Origin: Octopus sinensis
Taxonomy: Eukaryota
Reading direction: 5' to 3'
NCBI RefSeq assembly: GCF_006345805.1
Contig: NC_043004.1
Span: 61,194,001-61,258,000 of the forward strand
Length of the DNA stretch: 64,000 nucleotides
In this document: piece by piece, positions 1 through 11,829 of the stretch
Numbering within the stretch: position 1 is the first letter of the stretch
Layout of the letters: each line of letters opens with the position of its first letter
Translations under genes and position numbers: made by a program
The notes under the pieces: generated by a model
Databases searched by the model: none
What the model saw: only the letters and a program-made list of their open reading frames with translations
What the model was told of the DNA's origin: nothing

Positions 1-599
1 AACTTAGAAAAACTTTAGGGCGTCTCTGAGTTTTCTCAACCCAGTAGTAGTAACGACAAACTGACCCTTAGCCCGTAATGCAATCTGCTGCCAAAAGTAT
101 GTTATGGTTTTGAATGGAGTAGTTCCTTCATCAAAGTTCTACCGATTGCGGACTGTTGTTTTAGCACAAAAGCTACTAAAATCATAATACTTCAACAGAA
201 TGTCAATGTTATTGTTTACATGACACTACTTATGAAATTCTCTTCTTTGATTTTGTTTCTGTCCGAGACAGTCATTCTGCTGGTCAATATCTTTATGGAA
301 ACATATGAATTTTGGTGTCTCATTTGGGGAATTTTTATATCACTTAGAACCTGGGATAAAATTCCAGATCCCGAAAATTGTCGATTCCAATACAGAAAAA
401 TTAGTATGAGATTAATTGATAGCTCAGTCCTTCCAGATATAGGAGCTAAGTTCCTTTGCTCTTTTTTATACTATGTGTGCACATCTGGCACACTCTTAGC
501 ACCATGTCTTAAAACATATTCCCTTGGCGTAGCGATACAAATAACAAGCTGCTAAATCCTACTATACTTATGGCGTCAAGTAGAGTAATGTGTGTAATA

Positions 600-1200
600 T
601 CAATTAATGACTGATGAAATAACGCAACTTAGATAATCACTTTCAGTAGCTAAAATGTATTTCTGTTGTAAGGGGCACACAGAGATCTGAGTGCTTGTAC
701 AACATGTTATTACTTGCTGCGAACCATTCAAACGAAATGTATGTTTATTTAGGAAACTATATCTCTTTGATTCAGATGCACTTAGCTCTTCGTCATCAAA
801 TACCTAGTTGTTGTGTCAATACCAGAATTTCAAACCAACTTTGAGTTTACAAACAATATAAATCCTAACAAATAGCTGTACGAAATGAAGAGTGTTCAAA
901 TTTTTCGACAGTCAAAGATCAAGGTTATAATTGTTTGTATAATGAAAATCTGTGATCGGGTTCTATTCATTTCAGAGTTTTGAGGACGGAAATCGTTTGA
1001 GATTACTTTTTGGTGGCAATGAAGCTGAAGACTAAATTGGAATCCATGTTTGTGCATCGTTCTGAAAGCCGAAGGCCACTTAAAGGTTTCGATAATGATA
1101 CCCTTCCATGGATACGGAAAGCAATTAGAAATATTAATAAACGGATTTCAGCTGTATAGTTTGCAAACTGGCTTCATTTCAACGTGTTGAAGAAGTAAAA
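600..1200 (+). mobile_element. Possible highly degraded integrase-type DNA transposon (Ginger2/TDD, KRBA2-like) remnant
   Basis: Only faint, frame-broken resemblance to a Zn-binding/rve integrase motif order; not verifiable without a profile search. Confidence 0.2.
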
Positions 1201-1908
1201 AATATGACGAAGAGAAAAATTATTTCGTGTTAAGTGATGCCATCGTAAATGTGAAAATTTTTACAACATCGCTATTAAAAAGTTAGAGACCTCCAAATCA
1301 AGAGTAAATTTTGCAAGTATTGAACCGTGAATTAAAGCGTAATATCTTGAGTTAAATGAAAAAGAAGTCCAGTCCATAAAAAAATTGCAGTCGCCGAATG
1401 GAGATGATATTGGCTACTGGAGATGATATTGGGCTCCTGAACACATGGTTGTGGATTCGATATCGTCATCCGTTAGTAAATAGCACCCTTAAGCAACATA
1501 TATTACTTCATCCTGCTCCAGCCAAACAAGTGAAGTGAATACCAACTGAATCTCCATCATCTGCTTCCTGCAAGCTCCTGTGGCTGAAGTACGGGTGAGA
1601 TGACAGGGTAACCATGTATGTTTAGGAATACGTACATATATAAACAAATGAGTAAAAACGTTCTACATGCTAGTTATTCTGCCTTGAGATCGCAGGAATG
1701 ACGGCTGGATGCAATAAAAATAACGAAAGATGCCGGGAACAAAGAAACTAGATGAGAAAAAAAAATGAAATAATAATCTAAAGAATTTGAAAGACCAATA
1801 AAGATTTTTGAAATGAAACGGATACAATCATTGATATTATAAATGTTCTGAACGTAAATATTCCTATGGATGACATGAATAATACATTATATTTACACGA
1901 TCTGTTAC

Positions 1909-2064
1909 ATGAGTGGCTGTGTGTTACATTAGCTTGCTTACCAACCACATGGTTCTGGGTTCAGTGCCACCGCGTGGCACAGTGGGCAAGTGTTTCTACT
2001 ATAGCCTCGGGTCTATCAAAGCCCTGTACGTGGATTTGGTAGACGGAAACTGAAAGAAGCCCTC

Positions 2065-2101
<37 letters not shown>

Positions 2102-2150
2102 GTGAAATAGAAAGATGAATAATCTTGTAGTAGATTAATCAAAAGTTCAC

Positions 2151-2211
<61 letters not shown>

Positions 2212-2435
2212 ATATGTTTGTGTGTCTGTGTTCGTTGCACCGACATCGCCTGACAACCGATGGCGGTGTGTTTATGTCCCCGTAACTTAGCGGTTCGGCA
2301 AAAATGTACGACAGAATAAGTACTAGGCTTACAAAGAATAAGTCATGGCGTCGATTTGCTCGACTAAAGGCGGTGTTCCAGCACGGCTGCAGTCAAATGA
2401 CTGAAACAAGTACAAGTGTAAAAGAGTAAAAGAGT
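1909..2435 (+). mobile_element. tRNA-derived CORE-type SINE, family A, with a 60-bp insert in its internal (TA)n
   Basis: Head GAGTGGCTGTGTG..GGTTCTGGGTTCAGT, CORE-like GGGCAAGTGTTTCT, internal microsatellite, tail (GTAAAAGA)n; matches copies at 48065 and 58634. Confidence 0.85.
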
Positions 2436-2808
2436 GTTAATATTTATAGCATGAGATTGCTGATGAAAATTTTACGTTGAATATATCTCTTTACTTCTTC
2501 TCACTTAAATGGTTCAACAGCTCGTTCTTACATTCACAAAGTCAGTTGAATTTCCGATTCAAATTTGGCACAAAGAAAAGAAAAGGTGGTACAGATGTGT
2601 ATATATCTCATATATTCTAGCATATTATTTATAATGAAAAGATTCTTACAAAAACAAGTTATAAATTTAACACGTCTCTGTCAGGATACAAGTGAGTGAC
2701 AGAAAATTTAGAAAAACTCATGAACTTAACGAAAAAAGAACTTACGCTTTCTCGTATTTTATTTAAGGAACGAAAATTACTGTTCAGTTCATGTGTTTTA
2801 TATATATA

Positions 2809-3317
2809 CTAGCAGTATCACCCGGCGTTGCTCGGTTTGTTTCGACCTTTTAGATTTGGAATTTTTGAAAAGTAAAAATTCTGCATTATGCAACTTGTTA
2901 TTCTCTTCAAGTGAACATTTTTCCAGTTGAAATACACCGAAAAATGGTGACACAGCAGTCAAAAATCGTAAAAAATAGGGATTTTCATAGAAAAAAAAGC
3001 ACCTTTTTGATCTAAATAATTTTTGGTGTTAACATGGTCCGATTTGAATTTTATCTCCTACAGAATGAAGAGCAAGCCTTCTTCTATCGTACTCTCAATT
3101 TAGGTTAACTTGCGCAGCATGGTCTCGAAGGAGATAGTGTTAGTTGAAGGCTACCAAACCTGTCACGCAAAGACAACTTCAGCTTTATATATATAGATTA
3201 GCTACACACTACTTTCCATCCTTAATAATGAAACTTAGTAGATCCCAAAGTTAAACACACTGACACACACACACAGATATACACACAGGCACACAAGTTG
3301 AGTTTTAAATATATAGA
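2809..3317 (-). mobile_element. Non-autonomous Helitron (Lep1-like) with two stacked 5' termini
   Basis: Minus strand starts a|TCTATATAT at 3317 and again at 3197; ends with hairpin CCGAGCAACGCCGGG then CTAG|t at 2809; homologous copy at 47233-47738. Confidence 0.8.
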
Positions 3318-3839
3318 TATCTATATATATGTGTGTGTGTGGGTGTATGTATGCACGTATGTGTATGTGTCTGTGTGCATATGTGTGCATTTATGTGTAT
3401 GTATATATATATATGTATATATATATGATATAGAAACATTATTATTTCTAAACCTTTCAAATGAGATATTCAGTAACAATTCATTAAAGTAAAAGGTATT
3501 TGCCAACTTAATGCTGTTGTCCTGAAAAGGACGATGCTACCGTTTTTTAGCCTCATATATATATTATATATCATATATATATATATATATATAAAATTAA
3601 TTAAGGGTAGAAATTGATATTTATCAATTAAGACCAGTGGTCTAGCATATTAAAAAAGAATCCGAAGATTAAAATATTTATATATACCAATTAAGGACTG
3701 AACACGAAAAGTGGACAGTCAACATGCTAGATATAGACGTCAAATCGCCATTCACCACAAAAGATTATGTTCTCAGATCAAACTCAACACAAAACCATAG
3801 CAATAAACAAGTGAAAAATATACGAAATAAAATAATTAC

Positions 3840-3904
3840 CCATGTACTAAATTAGTTTCAGCTGTTATTTTCCGCAAGGAAAACTGCAGCCATCATCAGC
3901 ATGG
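3840..3904 (-). ncRNA. Type I hammerhead ribozyme, unit 1 (intact core)
   Basis: Minus strand CCAUG-CUGAUGA-u-GGCUG...CAGCU-GAAA-CUAAUUUA-GUA-CAUGG; stems I/II/III pair; predicted cleavage between 3845 and 3844. Confidence 0.9.
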
Positions 3905-4345
3905 TCCGTTATAAATGTAATTTGCTGGACTAGATGCAAACACGATACCGAAATATCGCGTGCATGGAGTTCAGCCTATTACATTTGAATATATCTTTCA
4001 AATGCCTTTACTTTGGCGCGTTGGAACCCGAGAAAACTAGCCTGCAGCTAATAATTAGCAGCAGTTAATTTATCGGTTAGAGAACATATTTATTTATATA
4101 AAATTAATTAAGGTAGAAATTGATATTTATCAATTAAGACCAGTGGTCTAGCATATTAAAAAAGAATCCGAAGATTAAAATATTTATATATACCAATTAA
4201 GGACTGAACACGAAAAGTGGACAGTCAACATGCTAGATATAGACGTCAAATCGCCATTCACCACAAAAAATTATGTTCTCAGATCAAACTCAACACAAAA
4301 CCATAGCAATAAACAAGTGAAAAATATACGAAATAAAATAATTAC

Positions 4346-4410
4346 CCATGTACTAAATTAGTTTCAGCTGTTATTTTCCGCAAGGAAAACTGCAGCCATC
4401 ATCAGCATGG
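4346..4410 (-). ncRNA. Type I hammerhead ribozyme, unit 2 (intact core)
   Basis: Same motif as unit 1. Confidence 0.9.
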
Positions 4411-4851
4411 TCCGTTATAAATGTAATTTGCTGGACTAGATGCAAACACGATACCGAAATATCGCGTGCATGGAGTTCAGCCTATTACATTTGAATATAT
4501 CTTTCAAATGCCTTTACTTTGGCGCGTTGGAACCCGAGAAAACTAGCCTGCAGCTAATAATTAGCAGCAGTTAATTTATCGGTTAGAGAACATATTTATT
4601 TATATAAAATTAATTAAGGGTAGAAATTGATATTTATCAATTAAGACCAGTGGTCTAGCATATTAAAAAAGAATCCGAAGATTAAAATATTTATATATAC
4701 CAATTAAGGACTGAACACGAAAAGTGGACAGTCAACATGCTAATATAGACGTCAAATCGCCATTCACCACAAAAAATTATGTTCTCAGATCAAACTCAAC
4801 ACAAAACCATAGCAATAAACAAGTGAAAAATATACGAAATAAAATAATTAC

Positions 4852-4916
4852 CCATGTACTAAATTAGTTTCAGCTGTTATTTTCCGCAAGGAAAACTGCA
4901 GCCATCATCAGCATGG
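4852..4916 (-). ncRNA. Type I hammerhead ribozyme, unit 3 (intact core)
   Basis: Same motif as unit 1. Confidence 0.9.
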
Positions 4917-5329
4917 TCCGTTATAAATGTAATTTGCTGGACTAGATGCAAACACGATACCGAAATATCGCGTGCATGGAGTTCAGCCTATTACTTTGGC
5001 GCGTTGGAACCCGAGAAAACTAGCCTGCAGCTAATAATTAGCAGCAGTTAATTTATCGGTTAGAGAACATATTTATTTATATAAAATTAATTAAGGGTAG
5101 AAATTGATATTTATCAATTAAGACCAGTGGTCTAGCATATTAAAAAAGAATCCGAAGGTTAAAATATTTATATATACCAATTAAGGACTGAACACGAAAA
5201 GTGGACAGTCAACATGCTAAATATAGACGTCAAATCGCCATTCACCACAAAAGATTATGTTCTCAGATCAAACTCAACACAAAACCATAGCAATAAACAA
5301 GTGAAAAATATACGAAATAAAATAATTAC

Positions 5330-5394
5330 CCATGTACTAAATTAGTTTCAGCTGTTATTTTCCGCAAGGAAAACTGCAGCCACCATCAGCATGG
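5330..5394 (-). ncRNA. Hammerhead, unit 4 (core variant CUGAUGG)
   Basis: Plus strand reads CACCATCAG instead of CATCATCAG, an A9-to-G change. Confidence 0.8.
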
Positions 5395-5834
5395 TCCGTT
5401 ATAAATGTAATTTGCTGGACTAGATGCAAACACGTTACCGAAATATCGCGTGCATGGAGTTCAGCCTATTACATTTGAATATATCTTTCAAATGCCTTTA
5501 CTTTGGCGCGTTGGAACCCGAGAAAACTAGCCTGCAGCTAATAATTAGCAGCAGTTAATTTATCGGTTAGAGAACATATTTATTTATATAAAATAATTAA
5601 GGGTAGAAATTGATATTTATCAATTAAGACCAGTGGTCTAGCATATAAAAAAGAATCCGAAGATTAAAATATTTATATATACCAATTAAGGACTGAACAC
5701 GAAAAGTGGACAGTCAACATGCTAGATATAGACGTCAAATCGCCATTCACCACAAAAGATTATGTTCTCAGATCAAACTCAACACAAAACCATAGCAATA
5801 AACAAGTGAAAAATATACGAAATAAAATAATTAC

Positions 5835-5899
5835 CCATGTACTAAATTAGTTTTAGCTGTTATTTTCCGCAAGGAAAACTGCAGCCATCATCAGCATGG
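5835..5899 (-). ncRNA. Hammerhead, unit 5 (core variant AAAA for GAAA)
   Basis: Plus strand GTTTTAGCTG instead of GTTTCAGCTG, a G12-to-A change expected to inactivate it. Confidence 0.8.
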
Positions 5900-6341
5900 T
5901 CCGTTATAAATGTAATTTGCTGGACTAGATGCAAACACGATACCGAAATATCGCGTGCATGGAGTTCAGCCTATTACATTTGAATATATCTTTCAAATGC
6001 CTTTACTTTGACGCGTTGGAACCCGAGAAAACTAGCCTGCAGCTAATAATTAGCAGCAGTTAATTTATCGGTTAGGGAACATATTTATTTATATAAAATT
6101 AATTAAGGGTAGAAATTGATATTTATCAATTAAGACCAGTGGTCTAGCATATTAAAAAAGAATCCGAAGATTAAAACATTTATATATACCAATTAAGGAC
6201 TGAACACGAAAAGTGGACTGTCAACATGCTAGATATAGACGTCAAATCGCCATTCACCACAAAAGATTATGTTCTCAGATCAAACTCAACAGAAAACCAT
6301 AGCAATAAACAAGTGAAAAATATACGAAATAAAATAATTAC

Positions 6342-6406
6342 CCATGTACTAAATTAGTTTCAGCTGTTATTTTCCGCAAGGAAAACTGCAGCCATCATCA
6401 GCATGG
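6342..6406 (-). ncRNA. Type I hammerhead ribozyme, unit 6 (intact core)
   Basis: Same motif as unit 1. Confidence 0.9.
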
Positions 6407-6496
6407 TCCGTTATAAATGTAATTTGCTGGACTAGATGCAAAATTAATTTTACATAAATAAATATGTTCTCTAACCGATAAATTAACTGCTGCTAA

Positions 6497-7434
6497 TTAT
6501 TCAGAAATCAAGGCTGCATCATCTGGGAAACGCTTTCCTTTCAAAAACAACTTCATGGCTGGGAAGAGGTGAAAATCAGAGGGTGCAAGATCAGGAGAGT
6601 ATGGGGGAAGGGGGAGGAGTTCATAGCCGCACGCCTGTGCTTCTGATCTGGCGACACGCAAGTTGTGGACCGGAGCGTTGTCCTGCAGGAGGAGGATGCC
6701 TTTGCTGATCTTGCCCCGCCTCTTGACTTTGATAGCTTCTCTTAATTTCCTCAAAAGTGAAGCATAATAGGCTCCTGTAATTGTGGTACCCTTTGCCAGG
6801 AAATCTGTCATCACTACTCCGTCCTGGTCCCAGAAGACTGTGAGCATGACCTTGCCAGCGGAGGGCTGCACCCTTGCCTTCTTTGGAGGAGATGAGTCAC
6901 GGTGCTTCCACTGCATTGACTCGGTTTTGGTCTCTGGATCATAGTGATGGACCCAGGTTTCATCCTGTGTAATCAGTCTTTTGCAAAATTTTGACTCATC
7001 TTCTTGGCACATCTCCAAATCCACCCTCGAGCACTTGACGCGTTCTTGCTTCTGGAAAGGCGTGAGCAACCTGGGAATCCATCTGACAGACACCTTTTGC
7101 ATATGCAAATGGTCATGAATGATAGTTTCCACAGACCTGGTACTAATCTTGACCTCATGGGCTATTTGGCAAATAGTTATGCGTCGATCTTCCAAAATGG
7201 CAGCCTCAACTTCACGGACAGATGCCTCATTAATGGCAGAAGGGGGCGACCAGATCTGGGAGCTGTTTCCACAGAGTTCCGACCATATTTGAATTCACGA
7301 TGCCAGCGTTTTACAAGGTCATATGATGGGGCATCATCACCATAAGTTACTTTCATTTCATCAAAAGTCTCCCGTGGTGTGCGTCCTTTCAAATACAAAA
7401 ACCGGATCACTGCTCGACACTCAACAGGCTCCAT
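6497..7434 (-). pseudogene. mariner transposase pseudogene (frameshift near 7190; C-terminus lost)
   Basis: ORFs 7177-7434 (HTH region) and 6497-7195 (catalytic) are in different frames; the stop codon comes from the adjacent inverted repeat fragment. Confidence 0.9.
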
Positions 7435-7601
7435 TTCACACTTGACTCAGTTCAAACACCTGTAAATCAGAAACCACAATTAGTTCAGAACTGTAATTTT
7501 CCAGTTAATCTATAGAGATATAAATAATTAGACATGCAAAATTTCAGCTAGATCAAATAACTGCAAGTGGGTCAAGGGCATTACTTACTGAACGCGCCTC
7601 G
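6500..7601 (-). mobile_element. mariner (DD34D) transposon, 3'-truncated
   Basis: TIR-like ta|CGAGGCGCGTTCAGTAAGTAA at 7601; transposase motifs WIPRLL, DETW, QDNA, YSPDLAPSD with 34 residues between the last two Asp. Confidence 0.95.
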
Positions 7602-8129
7602 TATCTAACATACTTATTTATATATGTATATATGAATGTATACATATATACATATATGTATATTTATATAAGGGAAGATCGATGAAGTTAGTAAAGTTTT
7701 AGCGTTGTTGGCAATAACATATTCTCTCTTGTAATTAAATATTGAAAAAGAGAGAAAATGGCGCCCCCGCTTTTGCAAGAGAAATTAATTTTGGCGGTAA
7801 GAGCTAAACCACTTGTTACATTATCAGAATTAAAATCCGTTTATCTTTACTTAAAGAAAAAAAGAGGTGGAGGTCGTAGATGTATGAGGGAGAATTATTC
7901 AATATTGTGTTTGCTTCTCTCATAATTTTTTACCATTAAAGCGAAAAAAACCCCACTTTTACGAGAGGTATGTAAAACATATTTCTGTTTACTTCCCCCG
8001 TTCATTAGTAAAGCTATAGTAATTGTTGCGCGTGCAAGCACAAACACAGAAAGCTTCCAGATATTCAACTGTTCTTTTTAGCATTTCGTTTGCAGTGTTA
8101 AACAACAGGACGCAGTGGGTAGTAAAGAA

Positions 8130-8146
8130 ATATGTATACATAAATA

Positions 8147-8187
<41 letters not shown>

Positions 8188-8315
8188 ACATACATATATA
8201 TACATGTATAATTAATTAATAAGGGTGAGAGAATTAGATACTAATTTAATAGTATATTTATTCATATATATATATATATATACATACATACATATATACA
8301 TACATACATATATAT

Positions 8316-8348
<33 letters not shown>

Positions 8349-8463
8349 CATAAGAAATATGTATACATAATGTATACATATACATAATGTATACATAATG
8401 TATACATAAATATATATATGTATACATAATGTATACATAAATATATATATATGTATACATAAA

Positions 8464-8504
<41 letters not shown>

Positions 8505-8518
8505 ATACATACATATAT

Positions 8519-8549
<31 letters not shown>

Positions 8550-8751
8550 CATACATACATATATACATACATATATACATACATATATATATATATACAT
8601 AAGAAATATGTATACATAATGTATACATATGTATACATATGTATACATAATGTATACATGTACATAATGTATACATAATGTATACATAATGTATACATAA
8701 TATATATATGTATACATAATGTATACATAAATATATATATGTATACATAAA

Positions 8752-8789
<38 letters not shown>

Positions 8790-8825
8790 ATATATATATA
8801 CATATATATACATGTATATATATAT

Positions 8826-8867
<42 letters not shown>

Positions 8868-8960
8868 CATACATATATACATACATACATACATATATAC
8901 ATACATACATATATATATATATATACATATATATACATGTATAAAAACATATATATATAT
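8130..8960. repeat. Compound (TA)n/(TACA)n microsatellite with TGTATACATAA minisatellite
   Basis: Directly visible; contains a stub of the HHR-family terminus (AATTAATAAGGGTGAGAGAATT) at ~8205-8262. Confidence 0.9.
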
Positions 8961-9270
8961 GGTTGAATTTTGGAATTCTTCGTGGAAAATTGGAAATCAA
9001 AACGTTTTTCTCCATATTCTTAATGTCCGTATTTTTCCACGTAGATTGAAAAAAGAAATTGAAAAAATGTTAAAAATTTAAAATTTGCGGATGGGATGTA
9101 AAATTTTGAAAACATAGTTTTCTGCATCGAAAGTATCGTATGGAGTTGGGCTAAAGTCCCTTATATGGGCAAGGATTAATATTTGATACCCCTACATCCT
9201 TCCCCGAGTAATGAAAAATACTTCATGCTAAAATGGTACAGATTGATCCAGCGATTTAGTCGTGCATAGA

Positions 9271-9315
<45 letters not shown>

Positions 9316-9365
9316 TACACACACACATACAGATAGGCATACAGTGAATTTTATACATTAAGTTA
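8961..9365 (-). mobile_element. Probable degraded non-autonomous Helitron (Lep1-like)
   Basis: Motif CATGCTAAAATGG..GATCCAGCGATTTAG followed by (CA)n resembles Lep1-type subterminal sequence; termini unclear. Confidence 0.35.
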
Positions 9366-9678
9366 TATGTACGTATATAAGAAAGAAATTCGGTGATTAT
9401 GATATTAGTACTCGTAGTTCCAAATAACGTAAAGTCGTAAATGAATGTGAATACGAAAAGTTTGTTAAAATATTGAACAGAAAGAGAATACATACTGCTA
9501 ATGGAAAATATGTTTTATAAAAACAATGAAATAATATATAAAAATTGAAAAGAAAAATATATATACATATATGTACATATGTATATATATATATTTGTAT
9601 GTATATATATATATAATATATATATACAGACATGCATACATACACATTTATATGTATATATATATACATACACACACG

Positions 9679-9710
<32 letters not shown>

Positions 9711-10493
9711 AATACATGCACACATATGTGTGTATGCATGCATATATACGTATGTAGTTACACACAGGTACCCACACACGCACACGCACACATACATGCA
9801 TATAAAAAATATTAAGTAGCACTTTTGAGTTATAAATTTTGATTTAAGCAGATTTCTTATTGATTAAAGAAAAATGCTGAAACAAACTTTTAGAATAACT
9901 GAAAGAATTCCTTCTTCACTCATTTGCTATACTTGTTGTTTAAAACCCATCTTGAAAAATTAGTTTCCATTTACTATTTATAATTAAATCCACAAATTTT
10001 TTAATTTCTCTGCTATTTTCATTTCAGTCGTACAAATTTTGTCGTTATATTTAGCATTTATATTTTTAAAAATTAACGATTACAGTTTACAAAACTTATT
10101 CTAAGGAAAATAAGATTATTACTGTTCAAACTTTTCGTATTTCCATATTTTGTATATAAGTAGTTTGGATGTTGTTTAGAAATTCAATTATATTTAATAA
10201 GCCATGTACAGCGAAGCAGACTCAAACTAAATCAATGACTAACTTCTGTAGAACAAAACCTACACACACACGCCCGCGTCCATATATATACACACACATA
10301 CTTGTGTATATGTATATATATCTACATCTATCTATCTATCTATCTAGTTAGTTACCTAGATAAACACACACACACACATAGATATAGAGATATTAATGCT
10401 TAGTGAGTTTGCTTTTTTGTAATAAAAACAACTTTACATTAATCTGATGGATTAATCTCCCTCCTTTGTGTGTGAGTGTGTGCGTGTGTGCGC

Positions 10494-10536
<43 letters not shown>

Positions 10537-10656
10537 ATACATATATACGTATGTATGAATGTATATGTTTTTATTCATATACAAATATATATATATACAT
10601 ATATATATATTTATACATACATATATATATGCACACATATATATATACATATATTA

Positions 10657-10867
10657 AAGGCGGCGAACTGTCAGAAACATTAGCGCACCGGGCGAAATGC
10701 TACGTTCTGAGTTCAAATTCCGCCGAGGTCGACTTTGCCTTTCATTCTTTCCGAGTCGATTAAATAAGTACCAGTTACGCACTGGGGTCGATGTAATCGA
10801 CTTAATCCCTTTGTTTGTCCTTGTTTGTCCCGTCTATGTTTAGCCCCTTGTGGGTAGTAAAGAAATA
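10657..10867 (+). mobile_element. tRNA-derived SINE family C with Nin/Deu-like central domain
   Basis: AAGGCGGCGA head, B-box GAGTTCAAATTCC, domain GTCGACTTTGCCTTTCATTCTTTCCGAGTCGATTAAATAAGTACC; fragments elsewhere (42725, 43370, 53500, 55910, 57740). Confidence 0.8.
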
Positions 10868-10879
10868 TGTATACATATA

Positions 10880-10911
<32 letters not shown>

Positions 10912-10928
10912 CATATATATATACATAC

Positions 10929-10975
<47 letters not shown>

Positions 10976-11100
10976 TACATACATATATACATACGTACAT
11001 ATATATATATATACATATATATACATGTATAAAGACATATATATACACATATATATATGTATATATATATATATATATATAATACATACATGCATGCATG

Positions 11101-11168
<68 letters not shown>

Positions 11169-11387
11169 CATACATATATATATTTGAAAATCTCAGGAGA
11201 TCAGAGTAGTAACTATACCAATCAGTAAGTTAATCGCCACTTGGAAGTGGTTCTTTCATGTTACTACTAGTTTAAACCCACGCAGATCTTCCACCAGCTG
11301 GTTATCGAAACAGATCTGCACCCTGTGCATACGTATATATTACTAGCAGGGGTGTGAACCACTACCATTCTCTAGTAGACAGCAGAA

Positions 11388-11436
11388 TTGTAAGACTGAC
11401 TCAGTTTTGAGCTGGTTGGCTCATCTTCAGTCGCGA
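11388..11436 (-). ncRNA. Decayed hammerhead in a (TA)n-anchored element (~11183-11600)
   Basis: CUGAAGA-u-GAGC-caacca-GCUC-AAAA-CUGAGUCA-GUC; G12 mutated and stem I eroded. Confidence 0.6.
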
Positions 11437-11829
11437 GCACTTGGTACCCATATAGGTAGGCAGAGTCAGCTCCAACTAGCAATATATTGTAAACACAGAG
11501 AACATCAGTCACTGATTTGCAACAAGCAAATTTGCTAGTGTGAAAATCTCAAGAATAGATAAGTTTAATACCTGTAGAATAGATTTGACTCATCTTCAGT
11601 GGTATGCACGTAGATATGTCATTATTCAGCTTTATTTCAAGGTTTCTTGTCAATAAAGAACGAACCGGTTTCTAACCTAGATCCAAGGCTCCTCCATTGG
11701 AATTTCAGTACAAGAAACAGGGTATTTTTGTATCTATGTATGCATGCATATGTGCAGATTTGTATGTCTTGTTTTATGCATATATTTTCATGCGTATACT
11801 CGTATATCGACACGTGCTCATATATACTT

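Larger units (their letters stand above)
3590..6441 (-). repeat. Tandem array of ~506-bp hammerhead-bearing units (~5.7 copies), retrozyme/Penelope-pLTR-like
   Basis: Near-identical units starting TATAAAATTAATTAAGGGTAGAAATTG at ~3590, 4097, 4602, 5079, 5586, 6089; abuts (TA)n on the left; no unit ORF in the track. Confidence 0.95.

Noticed and set aside
220-555. 111-aa ORF
   Set aside because: No recognisable motif or splice support; length compatible with chance.
3590-6441. CRISPR-like array or rDNA/snRNA tandem cluster
   Set aside because: No variable spacers; whole units repeat; no recognisable 5S, tRNA or snRNA sequence.
6497-7195. Functional or domesticated (SETMAR-like) transposase gene
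   Set aside because: Frameshifted from its N-terminus, C-terminally truncated, and no SET exons seen.
8212-9015. Long Y/I/M/C/V/H/T-rich ORFs here and at 10.7, 15.4, 26.7, 28.2, 44.5, 55.3 and 60-62 kb
   Set aside because: Stop-free translations of (TA)n/(CA)n/(TACA)n microsatellites, open in several frames on both strands.
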